From positions 25,888,912 through 25,952,911 of the forward strand of contig NC_092675.1 of NCBI RefSeq assembly GCF_964355755.1: DNA of 64,000 nt. Direction: 5' to 3'. Below, one piece after another: positions 1-13,669 of this stretch (positions are counted from its first letter, which is position 1; each line of letters starts with the position of its first letter). Source of the stretch: Antedon mediterranea. Its lineage: Eukaryota > Animalia > Echinodermata. Position numbers and translations under genes: made by a program. Below the pieces are notes generated by a model. The model was given only the letters and a program-made list of their open reading frames with translations. It ran no database searches and had not been told where the DNA came from.

Positions 1-194
1 AGAGAGAAGCACACGCATAGACAACGCACGTCTCGGCTAGAATTCACAGGAGGCCTAGCATAGCCCTCTAGACACTAGAGACTAGGCCTAGGCTAGGCCT
101 ACTACTACTACTAGCCTGCTAGGCCTAGCTAGGCCTAGTAGGCTAGATAGCTTCACCGATAAAGTTCCTTTAATTCTATAACAGTATTACTCAC

Positions 195-219
195 CTTGAT
201 CACTATCTTGATCGGACAT
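195..219 (-). CDS. Probable first coding exon (MSDQDSDQG) of an unidentified gene running off the left edge
   Basis: Minus strand reads AAAAATG TCC GAT CAA GAT AGT GAT CAA G|GTGAGT: good start context and a canonical donor. It lies head-to-head with the next gene. Only 25 nt are visible. Confidence 0.5.
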
Positions 220-554
220 TTTTATTTAATCAATAAAAACCTTAATTTAAGTTTAATAACATCTACTCATTTATGCGGTAAATGTAGGAATTTAATTAAA
301 AAACAACCACTCTCCAGTTAAAAAAAGAAACACACACTAAACAACAATGGCGAATTTGCCAGATGCAGCGCCCCCAACCCCAATAGGATAAAATCTCTGC
401 CATTGGTTCTCCGAAACCACCTGACTTCACGCTAAGCGACAACAAACATTAACCACCGTGTTCGGCTGCTGCTGCGAGCTAGTGTCGCGGGTCTAGTTAG
501 TGGGCCTAGGTTAAGCCTCTCTATTTATAATATGCTAAAAGTGTTGTTAACATT
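220..554. promoter_or_regulatory. Putative bidirectional promoter
   Basis: 335 bp between two divergent ATGs. Locally CpG-richer, with CCAAT (381), ATTGG (~402) and a YY1-like AATGGCG (~345). Confidence 0.5.
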
Positions 555-3500
555 ATGAAATTAAATTTTCAATCGTTACTACCTCCCTTTGTTATATATG
601 TTTTACTCTACCATACTAGATGTACTGATGTAAACTATAATGGTATGTTAAAAAGTTTTAGTTAGGCCTAGGCTAGGGCCAGGCCTATTCTCTATTTATT
701 TAGGCCTAGGCTAGGCCCTAGGCCTATAGGCCTAACTTTAACTAGTTTAGAGGCCTAGCCTATATAGGCCTAGCTAGGCTATATAAGACCTAGCCTAGCC
801 TAGGCATAAAGGGGAAATACTAAATAGTAAAGAGATTGCTAGTCTCTTGGTTTAGTTCCTTAACTACGATAAAAGACTACAACGTAAAATACTCACCATT
901 GTAATAGTCTTTGTATGATAATAATAAGTGAGTAGTAATAATATAGGTTTGGTTTCCGTCGTCGACTTCTCAAGTGTCCCTAACATACTTGACATTCCAA
1001 GATACGCACGGCGGAGCGCGTCCAGGTGTTTAGAACGACGCGATCCGCTTAAGCATCTGTGTAGCGGCACTACAATAGGCTAGCTAGTAGTAGGTAGGTG
1101 GTAGGCCCCCCAGTACTGTAGTTGTAGTAGTGGTAAAGTAGGCCTAGTGGTAGTGTACTAGACTAGTAACTAGCCAAATGCCTTTTTTAGCTAGGCCTAA
1201 CCTAGGTAGGCATAGGCCTAGCCTATTCGGATTTCGATCCTCCTCCCTGGCTGGAGTATGTATTATGATGATTCTATTAAACTCACCATGAATGTATTTG
1301 ATGTTTGTAATTATTACTAAATACTATTCTTATTTATAGATGAAACAGAAGGATTATTACTTAATGAGAAAAAACAGCAAGCTACAATTTTAAACCTCCA
1401 TCCAAAAAATTCTTCAAATTCCGGATTAGATCTTAAGTCGTCTGCGAATGTATTACTCCAAACTGAGAACTTGCAAGCACCGAGAGAGCCAATCAAAACA
1501 GCAAACCATTTTTTAAAACCCTTTCAACCAATCACATTGAAATTTAATGTCAAGAGAGCGTCACATGAACCAGTCTGTGTGTTATATACTAATAATAACG
1601 GTAAACAACAATTGAATAACTTCATAAATTTTTTTATAAATTATACATGTTTTAAGTAAAGTAAAGCATATAAGCTTTGATACACAAAATTTACTAGAGG
1701 ATGCACTCGCTATGCTGACTTAAATTCTGAATATGTCCAATCATTTGTTTTTTTTTTCTTTTTAGAATCAAGTCTTGATTTCGAAAAGAAGATTTACAAA
1801 TTCTGGAAAACTCTAGAAAATGATTTTCATTGTAGAACGTGGCAAATTGGATTTATTGACACAGTTAGTTTTTTAAATATTATAAATTAATTTGTTCTGA
1901 AAAGTATGCTTCCAGTGTAAATAATAAAAAGAAATAATAAAAACTATTCCTTTTTTTTTTATAAATAGACACGTCAGGATTTATCAAGCATTACATTGCC
2001 GCAATCATTGCCAACTCTAACATGTTACATTGGAACAGCCTCACCACATGACTACCATGGCAAAGGAACCAAGAAACACCTTCATAAATGGTTTAACAAA
2101 TTGGTACGAACTTTATAATAGTACTTTTAATTTTGATTAAATTACTGTAAAGCTCTGTTAAGACTATCAAACTAGTTTAACAAAAAAGTGTGATGTGCTC
2201 AAATATGGTAGTGATATCCCCAAATATGGTAGTGATATCCCCAAATATGGCAGTGATATGACATCACCATGTCCATATATTGTCACATATGTAGTGTAGA
2301 CAGAACTGTACTTCATTGACAAATTTAAATTGACAGAGCTCTTTACTGCATTGACAAAATAAAATGTTTTAATCATTAGAAAGCTTTTATGTTATGTTTT
2401 TTTTTTTACCATATTTAATGAGGGACCCTCAGAGGTTCATAGGACAAAAACACACAAGATGCTCTACATAAACAAAGTCTTATTACAAGTCTTTGGGAGT
2501 GGAGTTGTAATTTTGTCCTTAAAAAAAATCCTGACATGTGACGGGACTTGAACCCAGGACCCCTTTTTATTTCATTTCTATATTTGAGGCCTTTTTTAAT
2601 ACTGTAACCAATAGGCCTAATTTTTTATAGATTATCTTCTGTTTATAAATACTATGTATTAACCAAAGTAGTTTTATAATGTTTTTATCTATAATTTTTT
2701 AGTACTTACTACACCTTGAACGATTGCCCGAGGCTAGACGATCTACTATTGATGATGTAATCAAAACTGCTAATATAACACTCTTAGCATTTCCCGGTAC
2801 TGTCCATCATTATGATGTCGAAATGATTCTTATAGTAGTGAGTATTTTATTTTTGTTTGTTTTTCAATAGGTTACCTGACAAGTGTGATGTATTGCTGTT
2901 TTTGTGTTTCTTTTATGTGTCCCTAATTTGTGTAGATCAGTATCAAAGCAAATGTTAAGCCTTGTGTTTATGAACTTTGTTTGTTTTATCTTTATACTGG
3001 TTGACCTCTTCAGTCAAAGACTGATCTCCCAGAGGGCCCAGTTGGTGATCAGTGGCTGTGATGTACTAATACACCGGGGTAACCCCCTACTCGTCTGGAA
3101 AGATGTACTAGGTTCTTTAAACTGCACACGAGCAAGTTGTGTACACTGGACCTACGGTTTATAGTCCTTATCCGAGAAGACTCGTTCTACCACCAGAACC
3201 ATGGAGTGAGTGAGCCTCGAACCCCTGCCGATGTTATGGATACGTGATTACGGTTCCACTGTCTTAACCGCTCGGCCACTCACTCACATCCGCTCGGCCA
3301 CTCACTCACATCCGCTCGGCCACTCACTCACTTTGAAAATCAAACTTTAAAAACCAAAACTTAACTTCTTTACAACAACAGAAGTAAATATTTATGCATA
3401 TTGTTTCAGCTTTAATGATTCTTATGATAAATAGAACTGCTATGGTATAGTGCTTACATTTTTCACTATCTTGACTTAAGCAAATAAATAGGTACAGTAG

Positions 3501-6500
3501 TCTACTGCTCTTATTCACCATGGAGCAATTTACTTGGTGATAAATTAAAAAATATAGTGTTAAACAAAATAGTCAGAAAATGTTTCCACATAAAACTTTT
3601 TTTCCCCTAGTTGTCTGATATATACAAATCGTCTGTTAATTTTCTGATGGTGCATTCTGGTTCAGTTGATGAAGAAAGCCTGAAGCGTCGTTTTAATGTT
3701 GAAAAAGACCCTGCTGTAATTGCATTTAATGGTTCTGGTAAGTGAGTTAAACCAGTTCTGAGCCATTTTTGCAGAGTTCATGTGTATGCATTTCTTTCCT
3801 GAAGTAGATTCGGAAATGAAAAAAAACCTTTCACAGCATAGTAAGTTTAAATAAACAAAAGGTATTATTATTTTGTTTGATTGAAGAAAAATTATTGAAA
3901 TGCTGTTTGTTTTAGGATGGACAAAAGGATCTACAAAAACATTGGCAAGATTCACAGATGGTCAAGTAACACAAAATAATTTAGAATCATTCTTAGTGAC
4001 CCAGACGTCCACAAGCACTGTCTTAAACCTGGTAAGCAACGATAATACTTATAGATGACCCAAGCTTCCCCTGAAAAAAAAAAAAATAAAAAGATTAAGT
4101 TCAGTTTTACAATTTTTAGGCCCATTTCAAAAGTCTGAATCTGTGATTGATATTAAAGCTTGGTTCCAACATAGGCACAATCCAAAGACCAATCACAAGT
4201 AACGACATATCGTGTTGTGATTGGTCAAATTAATTTGGTGGGCTTATGTACGTCCTTGCACTACGTCAAAGTAGGAAGCAATCTTAAACAAACAATCAAA
4301 TGTGGTCTTTGGGGAATTTGAACATTAAATTTGTATTTTTCAAAACTGGCGTAAATTGGTATTACATCTGAACCTCATTGCATAAGCACTGCACTGGAAC
4401 CGTATTTTTGTAAGCACTTTTGCATTGGTTATATCAACATTTTTATTTTGTTTTAGAACAACTTCAGAGAGGAGGTACTAGAGGGGGTAAAGATCAAGCA
4501 AGCTATCCTTGTTTGTCTTCATGCACCATGGGGAGTTGACAACACCCATTATTTAGACGTTTTTCATCGCTCACAACAAACATTTGAGAATCTCAACATT
4601 GATTTGAGATTTGGTCTAGTGGATCTTACAACTGATGCTGAAGGTAAAGATAGTAACTTAAGCACTGTCTGCACTATCAAACTACAGTAGTTTGACCCAA
4701 ATATGGTAGTGATATACCCAAATATGGTAGTGATATGACATCATTATGGGAACATCACATTTTGTTGTCACATAAAGTTTGATAGTGTAGACAGAGCTTT
4801 ATAATATATATTTTACAACACACCTAAGTGTATCCTTGCCATTCGATTAATTGATTTTGTATTTTTATTATTCAAATAGATAAGATAATAGAAGATAAAA
4901 GTGTTTTTAATTTCTCAATTTAATAAAAAGAAGTATCTTTTGTACAGAGATAAATATTAAAGATATTAGTATTTTTCAATTATGAAACTAAACTTTTATC
5001 CTTCAGTTGTTTACCGCTATGTAGATGCCACATATGCAAAATCAGTGCCGTTTACCATGTTATTTTGGTATCCAAAGAAACAACAACACAAGGCTAAAAG
5101 TAAGTTTGACCTTATATGGCTTTTATATGCCATGTTTGTTTCTTTATAAAAATGGCTATTTATATAATTTTATCGTAGATTGTATATTATGCGATAAATA
5201 TTATTTAATAATTTTTTTATATATTATTATTGTTATTATTATTATTATATTAAAAAAGATATTTATTAGTAGTAAATTAAAAAATATAGATATAAGGAAG
5301 AAAAGCAAAGAGATTATGGAGCGGCTGTACCAGAATATACAACACTAAGTATTGTAAAGTTATAATACTAAAAAATTTTAGGCGATCTTGTCAAAGGTCA
5401 AGCGCCTTCAGCCTGCCACGTTTCGATATTCAATATTTACTATTTGTATGGAGAAAAATAAATGAAGAAAGAATGAACAAGTAATTACTGAACATGCAAT
5501 AAAACCTTTATTTATAACTTTTTAAAACTTTATAGGAACTATTCATCAAGCTGTTCTGCAATCTGGTTTACCATCCTCTTGGAACATTGCTACATTTATT
5601 AAACAACAGGAGTTACCACTTACAGATAAATCAGGCAATGAGTTACAACTTTTAGTTTTCTCAGAAATTTCAGATGTAAAGGTAAATTCATTGAAGTTCA
5701 TTGCCTCTGTGCTTATAAAAGTCCGAAAAAAAAAAACGCCCGAGGCCTCCAGCTAAACTAGGGGCCTCAGGCCTCTGGATTACGCCACTGAGGGCTGATA
5801 ATGGCAATAGTATTAGCATTGCATTGAAAGCTCTTTTCATGGCATTAATTGTTGCAGTACAGTTGATTTACCCAATAAGAACCTTCCTACAGATCCAGGC
5901 ACATAATATTTTCGTTAGTAGATAGCAACAATTGTTTTTCTTTCAGTGAGCTGTGTCAACATTCGACTTTTCAAATTTGTACATTGTCAACAAGTATTTA
6001 AAACAAGTTATGTTTGTTTTACAATTTTATATCCACAGTTTGGAGTCTGGCAACCCAATGAAATGTGTTCTACTTATGCTAATTTCACCCAACCAATAAC
6101 AGTACTCAGGGATGCAGATCCAAAACCAGACCTAAAGAATGTAAAAATGAATAAAGTCAACAAACAGAAGGTAGCTTTCCTCATTGTATGTAGATGTCTT
6201 GCAATATTCTAGATATTATATGATTATTCACAAGCATTGTCAAATACAATTTAGTATTAAAGCATCTTCCTCATTAATTTTAAAATTACTAATCAGAATT
6301 AACAAATACTATCAAGTAATCAGCTATATATTTAACAGTCTGTAGTTTATATAAGATATGGACTGCCAACTAAGTAAACAATATCATTTATTTGAATGTT
6401 ATATTTTGTAGAAATTAGTTAAGAGAATTGGATCATTGAATCAGATAACTGCAGCAAACTGGCACTCTCTGATAGAGACATCTGACTCACCACTTGATCT

Positions 6501-9500
6501 CCAGCGGCCATTTTCATCTGGTATAAGAAAAGAGCAGAGTATATTTGTCAAGGTGTCAGTTGTTGTATTCATTCGTGATAAGTGTAGCAACTGTGCTCGC
6601 AAACTTAAGGTCTTTGAGAGAGTTAAAAAGGCTGCTGAGTTTATAGGTAAAAAAACAGTGTTTATTTCTAGTTTTATGCTATGTTATGAATGTCTCTAAT
6701 CCAGATCTAATACAAGATCCACTGAATAATTTAGGATTAAAAAACAAGGATAACCAAATTGATCAAAACCTTGAATTCCAACTCATACATTCTGTTTCTT
6801 TTTTTTGGGTTGCCCTTGTTTTATTTTATAATGGTGTAATATAATGATATACTTTTATAATTAAGAAATCGACCTTTGTATCAGAATTCAAATAAGTTCA
6901 CAAACTTATCATTGTAACCTCCCCAGATAAGATCAATCACTCCCACTTAAACACCCCTGGACCAACTTAGGACCAATCGTTACCCTCACAGATGACGTAG
7001 TGACATATGCAAATGAACCGAAGCCAATATACCCCCAAGTTTCAGAAGAGCCCAGACACACCTTACAGCCACCTCACGGAGCACACACCTCACAGCCACT
7101 TCTTCAGAAGCAGACCTACACTCACACCTCACCGACAGCATCACTGATCCTCCGTTCCTTATCTATACTTATAGTTGTATATTGTACTGAAGTATTATAC
7201 TGAATAAACAATATATGTGTTACGACAGTTAAGCGAGTAAGAGTCTTCATTAGTACCTCAACAAACACTATATTACAATGGTTACAGTTTGAAAAGTTTG
7301 TTTGACTATATTCCTGCCTAAATCAATAAGTAGTTATATTTTCCAATGTGTAACATTTAAAATGTACTATAAGTAGACAAAACTGTGAGTTCCAAGCTTT
7401 ATTTTAGAGAGGTTTTAAAACATGGCTTTTTGTATTCTACTTCTTTAATGAATTCTACTGAAGTATATACTGTATTATGTTTTATTTTTGTTACAGAGGG
7501 TGCCTCAGTATACATGATGAATTGCAGTGAAGATGTTAAATTGTGTGATCGACTTAAGATCCGAGGCTTTCCAACTGTGTCTGCTTTTCGTTCAATCAAA
7601 GAAAATGCTGTTGAGAATTGTTTATCAAAGAATAGAGACAATTTAGTTAGAGTTGACTATCATGGCTACATAGAGGTAAGCCATCTGGCCTTCAGTGATT
7701 GATCAAATTATTTACAAGTCCCTCACACAAGACAGTAGGGAGGTTTCGCAACCTTACGAATATGATAACGAAAAAGGATACGTCACACATTTGTGAAACT
7801 TTTGAGCTGATCCCCATTTCATATTCGTAAAGCGTATTCTTGTTGACGAATATCACATATCATATTCGTAACTACAAAACGAGTATAGTTTTTGATCTAT
7901 TTTGCACATTTTGCAATTGAATCAGGAATGATTCATGATTATAATATAATTATACTTTTATTTAAAGTAATTTACTAAAGTAATTTACTAAAATGCCATG
8001 TCAATTTTGATAAATAGCATTTTTTAAAGTCCTCACTCGCTTTGATGTTACGCTAGGCCTAGGCAGCCAAGCACCAAGCAACAAGTACCTGCGCTTCGCT
8101 CAAATTTACCGCAGTCATATTTTGGACGGCGCCCTCAATATTTTGTTGCCATGCAAAACAGATTTTTACTGGCTTACGAAAAACGAATACGTGTGCGTGA
8201 CGTATCCGTTTTCGTTATCTTATTCGTAAGATTGCAAAACCTCCCTAATATTTGCTCTAGTCTTGTCCCGTATCTTGGTCTAAAGATCTACAGTAGTGTA
8301 GTATACATGTTATCTTTGCTAGTATTCTAATCTGTGTTATCCCATGTACTATTACAAGCTAGTAGCCAGAAGGGATTTGAAAAAACTACACTTTTTGTTT
8401 AGGTTTCCTTATCACACCACAGTAGAGACTAGCGAAAGTGATAGTAAATATGCCTAACCAGCTTAGTTCTTGACAATTAATGCCGGTGTTAAAACCCTAT
8501 AAAATTCCTGGTTACAGGCTTATGTGGTGGTCTCCACGATACAAGCTGTAAATTACGTTTGTATCTGTTTTAATTACAGGAAAAAGAAATTATGGAATGG
8601 TTGTCTCGTGTTTCTATACCGGTAACAGAACTCTCTGATTGGACAAAGTTAGATGACTCGAAGATTGTACGTAAAATGTTTAAAATGACTTATATTGGAT
8701 TTAATTCCAGGCAAATACATAGGTACAGAATTTCTGTGCCTAAAAGTTTTTTATTTTACAATAATATGTATACAAACTACAGTATTACACTTCTTTATTT
8801 GTAAAATTGAACACAACATATATATTTTTTATAGGATAACCAAGATGAGGAAGTGCGTGTACTAGCAACTGTCTTACCACGTCGTCTGGCCTACCACTAC
8901 CTAAGATCGGCATCTGGTCACACATCTTGGCTCCCTTATCAGTGCTTTGCCGTTGCTTGTGAACGTCTATTTGGTGTTGCTAAATGTTATGGTGCAATTA
9001 GTAAAAACATTCCCGATCGTGATTTAAAGGATAAAGAAGATGATCTTGTTGTATCTCAGGTCTGTTATGATAATACTCTTTAATGTCTAAAATGTCTTAC
9101 CTATGAAATTAATTAATATTATACTGTTTTCAACAACCTTACCTCAGTATACTGTATAAAGCATAGTGCAGTATAATGTTTCATTTTAAAGCTAAACTTG
9201 TTTCATTCTAAAACTAACCTACTGTCTAGCAATCTATATATTTAATTATAACACACATTATTGAATTCATCTAATTTGATTGGTTAATTATGCATCACGT
9301 ATCATTTGGAATAAGCCCTATCTCATGAAAAAGTGATATATAATAGTGATAATGAATGGCTTTAATGCACGTTCATCTTTTTGTAAAAATATTAAGAATT
9401 GTTTACATGTGACGTTGTTGACTGATCGCGTTCGGAACTCAACTTGTTGTGCGCACCATCTGTAACTGTTCAGTCAATTTTTCAACTCAAGAAATGTTCT

Positions 9501-11663
9501 CACCATTCAACTCATGAATATTCTGTTTTTTGTATAATAATTTTTTCTTCTGTTACTTTTTATTGTATTATCTCATAAAGTATGACAATAGTGACAGGTT
9601 TATCATTTCTTTTCTTGTACATTTTTATAAACAATTTTCTCATATTTTAGATTATGATGCAGAGGAAAGATGGTGTAGAGGCTTTGATAATGCGTGCTAA
9701 CACACCACTCTTTCTTACGTTAAAAGATGATTCGACAAAGAAACTTCACAAATTTCATACACCACACAGGTGAATAAACTGAATTTTACATAAACTGATT
9801 TACTCTTTATTTAATGTATTGTGAATTTGTTTGCTTATTCTTGTAATTGTGTATTTTGAATGCGTTTGTATTTTTTTAAGAATCACTATTGTAATTTAAG
9901 TGCGCTACTGATTTAAAAGTATAAATATGTTTAAATATTTACATTTCTATAGAGTAATAATAAATGTAAGTATAATGTGATTTTAAGGGGTTTAATAAAA
10001 ACCATACAGATGAGCTATACCTTTCTCATCTTTTGCGCACCATAGGTACAATATTCGTAATAATCAGCGATGTGAGGACGATCATGCTCAATGCACTGAA
10101 GTAATCTCGTTGTTTATTCGTGATCATAGCCGTCTTCCTGTCACTCATCTTACTATGGATACATTTCACACATCTACAGGGTAATTCACTTTTTTAATAA
10201 TCATTTTCATTCTTTTAAAATCTTTGGAAACCATAAATTGTATAGCGCCACAGGGGTTAGGAACATGCAAGGATCCAGTGATGATTAGAGAATTTTTTTA
10301 ATTTAATAAATTTAATTTAAATTTGGCATATATTGTTTCTTTTATTATGTCTATTTTAAAACATTGTTCGTGTTTCCTTTCTCAACATAGTTTTGCAGTT
10401 GATCATGACAATGAGGGCAGTGTTTTTTCTTCTGGTCAACCTGTACTAATTGCGTTAGTACATAGAGAAAATATTTCATCACATTCAGTTTTTCTTGAGG
10501 TGAATTTATTAAAAAAAATAATGATTCTGTATCTTAAGTACAAACACATTTTTTTGACCAAATTATGCACATTTGATTTCATTTATGTGTATTACTTTTT
10601 TATTTACTCAGTCCTTAACAGATGTCGCCTACACCTTTTACAACAAAATAGTTATAACAACGTTGTTAGTTGAAGAATTTCCTCAGTGGGCTACTAGGTT
10701 TGTTCCTTATGGCTATCACAGACACATTTTTGGTAAGTATGTTTTGTTCACACATAAATTGGGTTAAAAATAAACATCAATGACATCACCACAGTATGTG
10801 TAATACCCATAGAGATACTATTAAACTGCTAGAGAGTCAACTAAGAGACAGCCTGTGGGAACCGGGTAAACATTTTAAAACTTAATTTATAAAAGATTTC
10901 CGATACATAATCATTCAACTGAAATGTTATTCCATAAATTTGCTCCTTCAAAACTAATCCTAAACTTCCCTAAAGAAATACGAGCTTGAGGTAACGCTAA
11001 ATTATAATCATTATTACTTATTATTAGCATACAAAAATAATAATTTGAACTATTATGAAGAAAAACATAAACTATATTGTTTAAGAAAGGATCCATATAA
11101 TGATTAACCAAGATGGCACAGGCCTTAATGCTAAGGGTCAAGTTGGCGTATGACCCTTGAGATAATCCACACTTAGATGCACCCAACAGAGCATATTGTA
11201 TTTTCCAATTGAATGTTTCTGAAAAGTCCTACAACCTGTTTGTTGGGTTCCTGAATGAATGGAATTATAATTAATTAACTATATTATTTTTATCATCTAA
11301 TTAATAACAGGTTGTTTTATTATTGATTTTCTGTCAATCCAAATTACTGACACATAATGTATTCCTACACATTGCATTTTGGATTTAATAATCAATTCTA
11401 AAATGTAGCTCTATTTATTTCTAAATACAGAACATGCAGCCGAATTAACAGAACACATAGTACCTTCGCTTCATATATATCCACGCCTTTGTATTGTCCG
11501 TGGCAACGACCACCAGAGGGCAGCTTTCTATCCACATTCTAGTCAGTTTCTGATGCAATCTAAAGAACTTGGTAGAGTTATTACAGTAAAAGAAATTAAA
11601 TCTTTTGTGAAAGAATTTATTGATGACCCAGAAAGCATGATGGTAAAAACTGAGCATTTTTGA
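555..11663 (+). CDS. Secreted/ER multi-thioredoxin-fold (PDI/TXNDC-like) protein, 20 exons, ~986 aa
   Basis: Exons 555-642, 1340-1600, 1766-1863, 1969-2103, 2703-2837, 3611-3737, 3916-4031, 4457-4643, 5007-5099, 5536-5681, 6039-6170, 6412-6646, 7497-7675, 8580-8666, 8835-9059, 9651-9769, 10046-10180, 10391-10499, 10612-10732, 11431-11663; all GT/AG and phase-compatible. Has a signal-like N-terminus (MKLNFQSLLPPFVIYVLLY) and Trx-fold motifs (VCLHAPWG; VFIRDKCSNC; MNCSEDVKLCDRLKIRGFPTV; VDYHG). Ends KTEHF*. Confidence 0.8.
2148..2310. mobile_element. MITE family A (TAAAGCTCTGTCTACACTATCAAAC TIRs, internal CCAAATATGGTAGTGATA repeats)
   Basis: Terminal inverted repeats are visible. Related full or partial copies at ~4658-4801, 17870-17965, 21559-21660, 26260-26384, 26435-26505 and 33262-33365. 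Confidence 0.75.
2992..3331 (-). mobile_element. tRNA-headed SINE with Deu/Nin-like central domain
   Basis: Minus strand has box A (TGGCCGAGCGG) and box B (GGTTCGAGGC), then GTCTTCTCGGATAAGGACTATAAACCGTAGGTCC...GAGTAGGGGGTTACCCCGGTGT, which resembles the DeuSINE core (from memory). The 5' 22-bp unit is triplicated. Confidence 0.7.
6835..7277 (+). mobile_element. Solo LTR (443 bp, Gypsy-like)
   Basis: TGTAATATA...TATATTACA inverted termini, 4-bp TSD ATGG on both sides (6831-6834, 7278-7281), internal AATAAA at ~7203. Confidence 0.8.
7737..8246. mobile_element. MITE with ~50-bp TIRs (PIF/Harbinger-like)
   Basis: AGGGAGGTTTCGCAACCTTACGAATA... / ...TATTCGTAAGATTGCAAAACCTCCCT. Confidence 0.75.
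10880..11030 (-). mobile_element. LINE (L2/CR1-like) 3' end fragment
   Basis: Translates LPQARISLGKFRISFEGANLWNNI, the typical C-terminal motif of L2/CR1-group ORF2. Confidence 0.55.
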
Positions 11664-12791
11664 TAGGTGGAAATTTAATTAAGAATTAAAGAATGAGCCA
11701 TTAGAACCAATTCAGCTGTCAATTGTTTGTGTTGTATAGAATGAAGATACTGAATAGGGAGATGTTTTATTGTCTGCCATACAAATAAATAACTGAAAAT
11801 ATTGAACTCTCAGTGTACATCAAAGACAGTTAGAAAATAATATTATTACCTTTACAATCTTTAAATATCAGTACAGATTAAAGCTTTTACAGACGGGAAA
11901 GTTTTTCATGCGGAAAAGGGTCTGAATAAGGGTTTTTATAGATAGTTAGGCCTACTGGTAGTAAAAATAGTTACAGTTTCTCAATACCGGATACCATTGG
12001 GAATGTCTAGTATTCTGAATGTGTTTTTAATTGTAAAAATAAATTTAGGATCTTTTGGTTCAGCTTTGAAGGTTACCTCTATAATATAAATAAATACTTA
12101 TTACATTAGTCTAAGCTAACGCCATTCAAACTTCAGAGTTACTAGTCAATATGTGTACGTGATTACATCTTAGAAAACCCTTATAAAAGACAATCAATGG
12201 TGCTTATGTTTAGAATTTGAACCATTCCATTGTATGACAGTTATTCATACTTTTCTGTAGTACTGTAGCAAATTGTTACAGTGCCCTACTTTATTGATTG
12301 CTCTACACGCATTCCTATACACACAATAGATGCTGTCTTTTATTATTAATTCTATATAATAACTTGGTTCTTTACCATGATAGTGTATTTACTTGTGTCT
12401 GTCAATAGGGTAACAGCTTCACTGTTTGAGTACCACATACAGCTTTTTGAAGTGGAAGGTAATTTGATTTAAATTGTTTATATTTATGATTTCTTAACGT
12501 AATTGTGTTCTACGGCAGTGCTTGAGGTAATTTGAAAAAATGTTAATATACATAATTTATTATAGCAATATTTGTTAATTTAAAAGTGATAATTTATATA
12601 ATAATTGTGTGTGTTCTAATATATATAATAATATAAATATGACTTTGACTGTTTTATGAATTGTTATTTATTAATTGTAAAGGAGTGTCATTTTGCACAA
12701 AATTTTAAAACTTGTGTTTTATACTGTATACTTTATTGTGTATATCTTTGCGGTTTGTTTCCTTATTATATAGTATAGAAGTATAATTGTT

Positions 12792-13145
12792 AAGTTTATG
12801 TTAGACCTAATTAACTATTTTATAACAATAGATATATTTATAACTTGAATTTATAAATATAGTTTTATCTCACGGGTAAAATCAGTTGATTATTACATTC
12901 CAACTATGTTTTAAAAAATCTGTTACAACATTGCAATGAATAACAATTTCGAATTGTTAGGCCTATAACAAGTTTATGTTTCAAATTGAAATTAGGCCTA
13001 AATTAACCGTTATAAAAATATATATTTATAACTTTAATTTATAAATATAGTTTATCTGACAGATGTAAAATCAGTTGATTATTACATTCCAGCTATGTTT
13101 TGTTTTAATTGTTACATCATTGCAATGAATAACAATCTCGAATTA
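12792..13145. repeat. Diverged tandem duplication, ~180-bp unit x2
   Basis: AAGTTTATGTT...GTAAAATCAGTTGATTATTACATTCC...CATTGCAATGAATAACAAT..CGAATT occurs twice in succession. Confidence 0.8.
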
Positions 13146-13621
13146 GGTCTGTTGATTTGTACCGCCATTTTTATAAGGATTGTACATTATTCTGTATTAA
13201 AATAGTGAATGTTACTAAAGTAGTATTATTAAATGTTTGAAATTGAAAAAAAAACTTTGAATTAAACCTATTCAAATATACTAGACCTACATTTTAACTG
13301 AAAGAGAGAAATTGCAAAATATATTTGAATAAAAATTCCTGGTAACACTAAAGCAATGGTATTCGTTTCAATGCATCCATTTTAGGTATTGTTCAGATAA
13401 CTCTATGTTTCTAACATCTTACTGAATATGTTCAAATTAGATTTAAAGCTGCATTCACATCAAACCCAAACCGAATTTGCTGTATTAACATATCGATCAA
13501 ACTTCCTGTTGTTGGTTCGTTCGCCATACCGCAAAATGGGTGTGATCTAGCTTTGTCGACGTTCCATTTTTCGAAAAATTCCCTGTACTAATAGTAGTTT
13601 TTTGTATTTTTCGGTTATTTA

Positions 13622-13669
13622 TTCTCAGTCCTGAGGACGATCAAAGCATATTGATCGAAACGTCGAGAA
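13622..13669 (+). ncRNA. Minimal type I hammerhead ribozyme motif within a dispersed repeat
   Basis: CTGAGGA (13631-37), stem II CGATCAA/TTGATCG, GAAA (13657-60), C-GTC cleavage triplet, and stem I TTCTC/GAGAA. Confidence 0.7.

Noticed and set aside
7000-7203. 67-aa Pro/His/Thr-rich ORF
   Set aside because: It lies inside the solo LTR and is not needed for the host reading frame.
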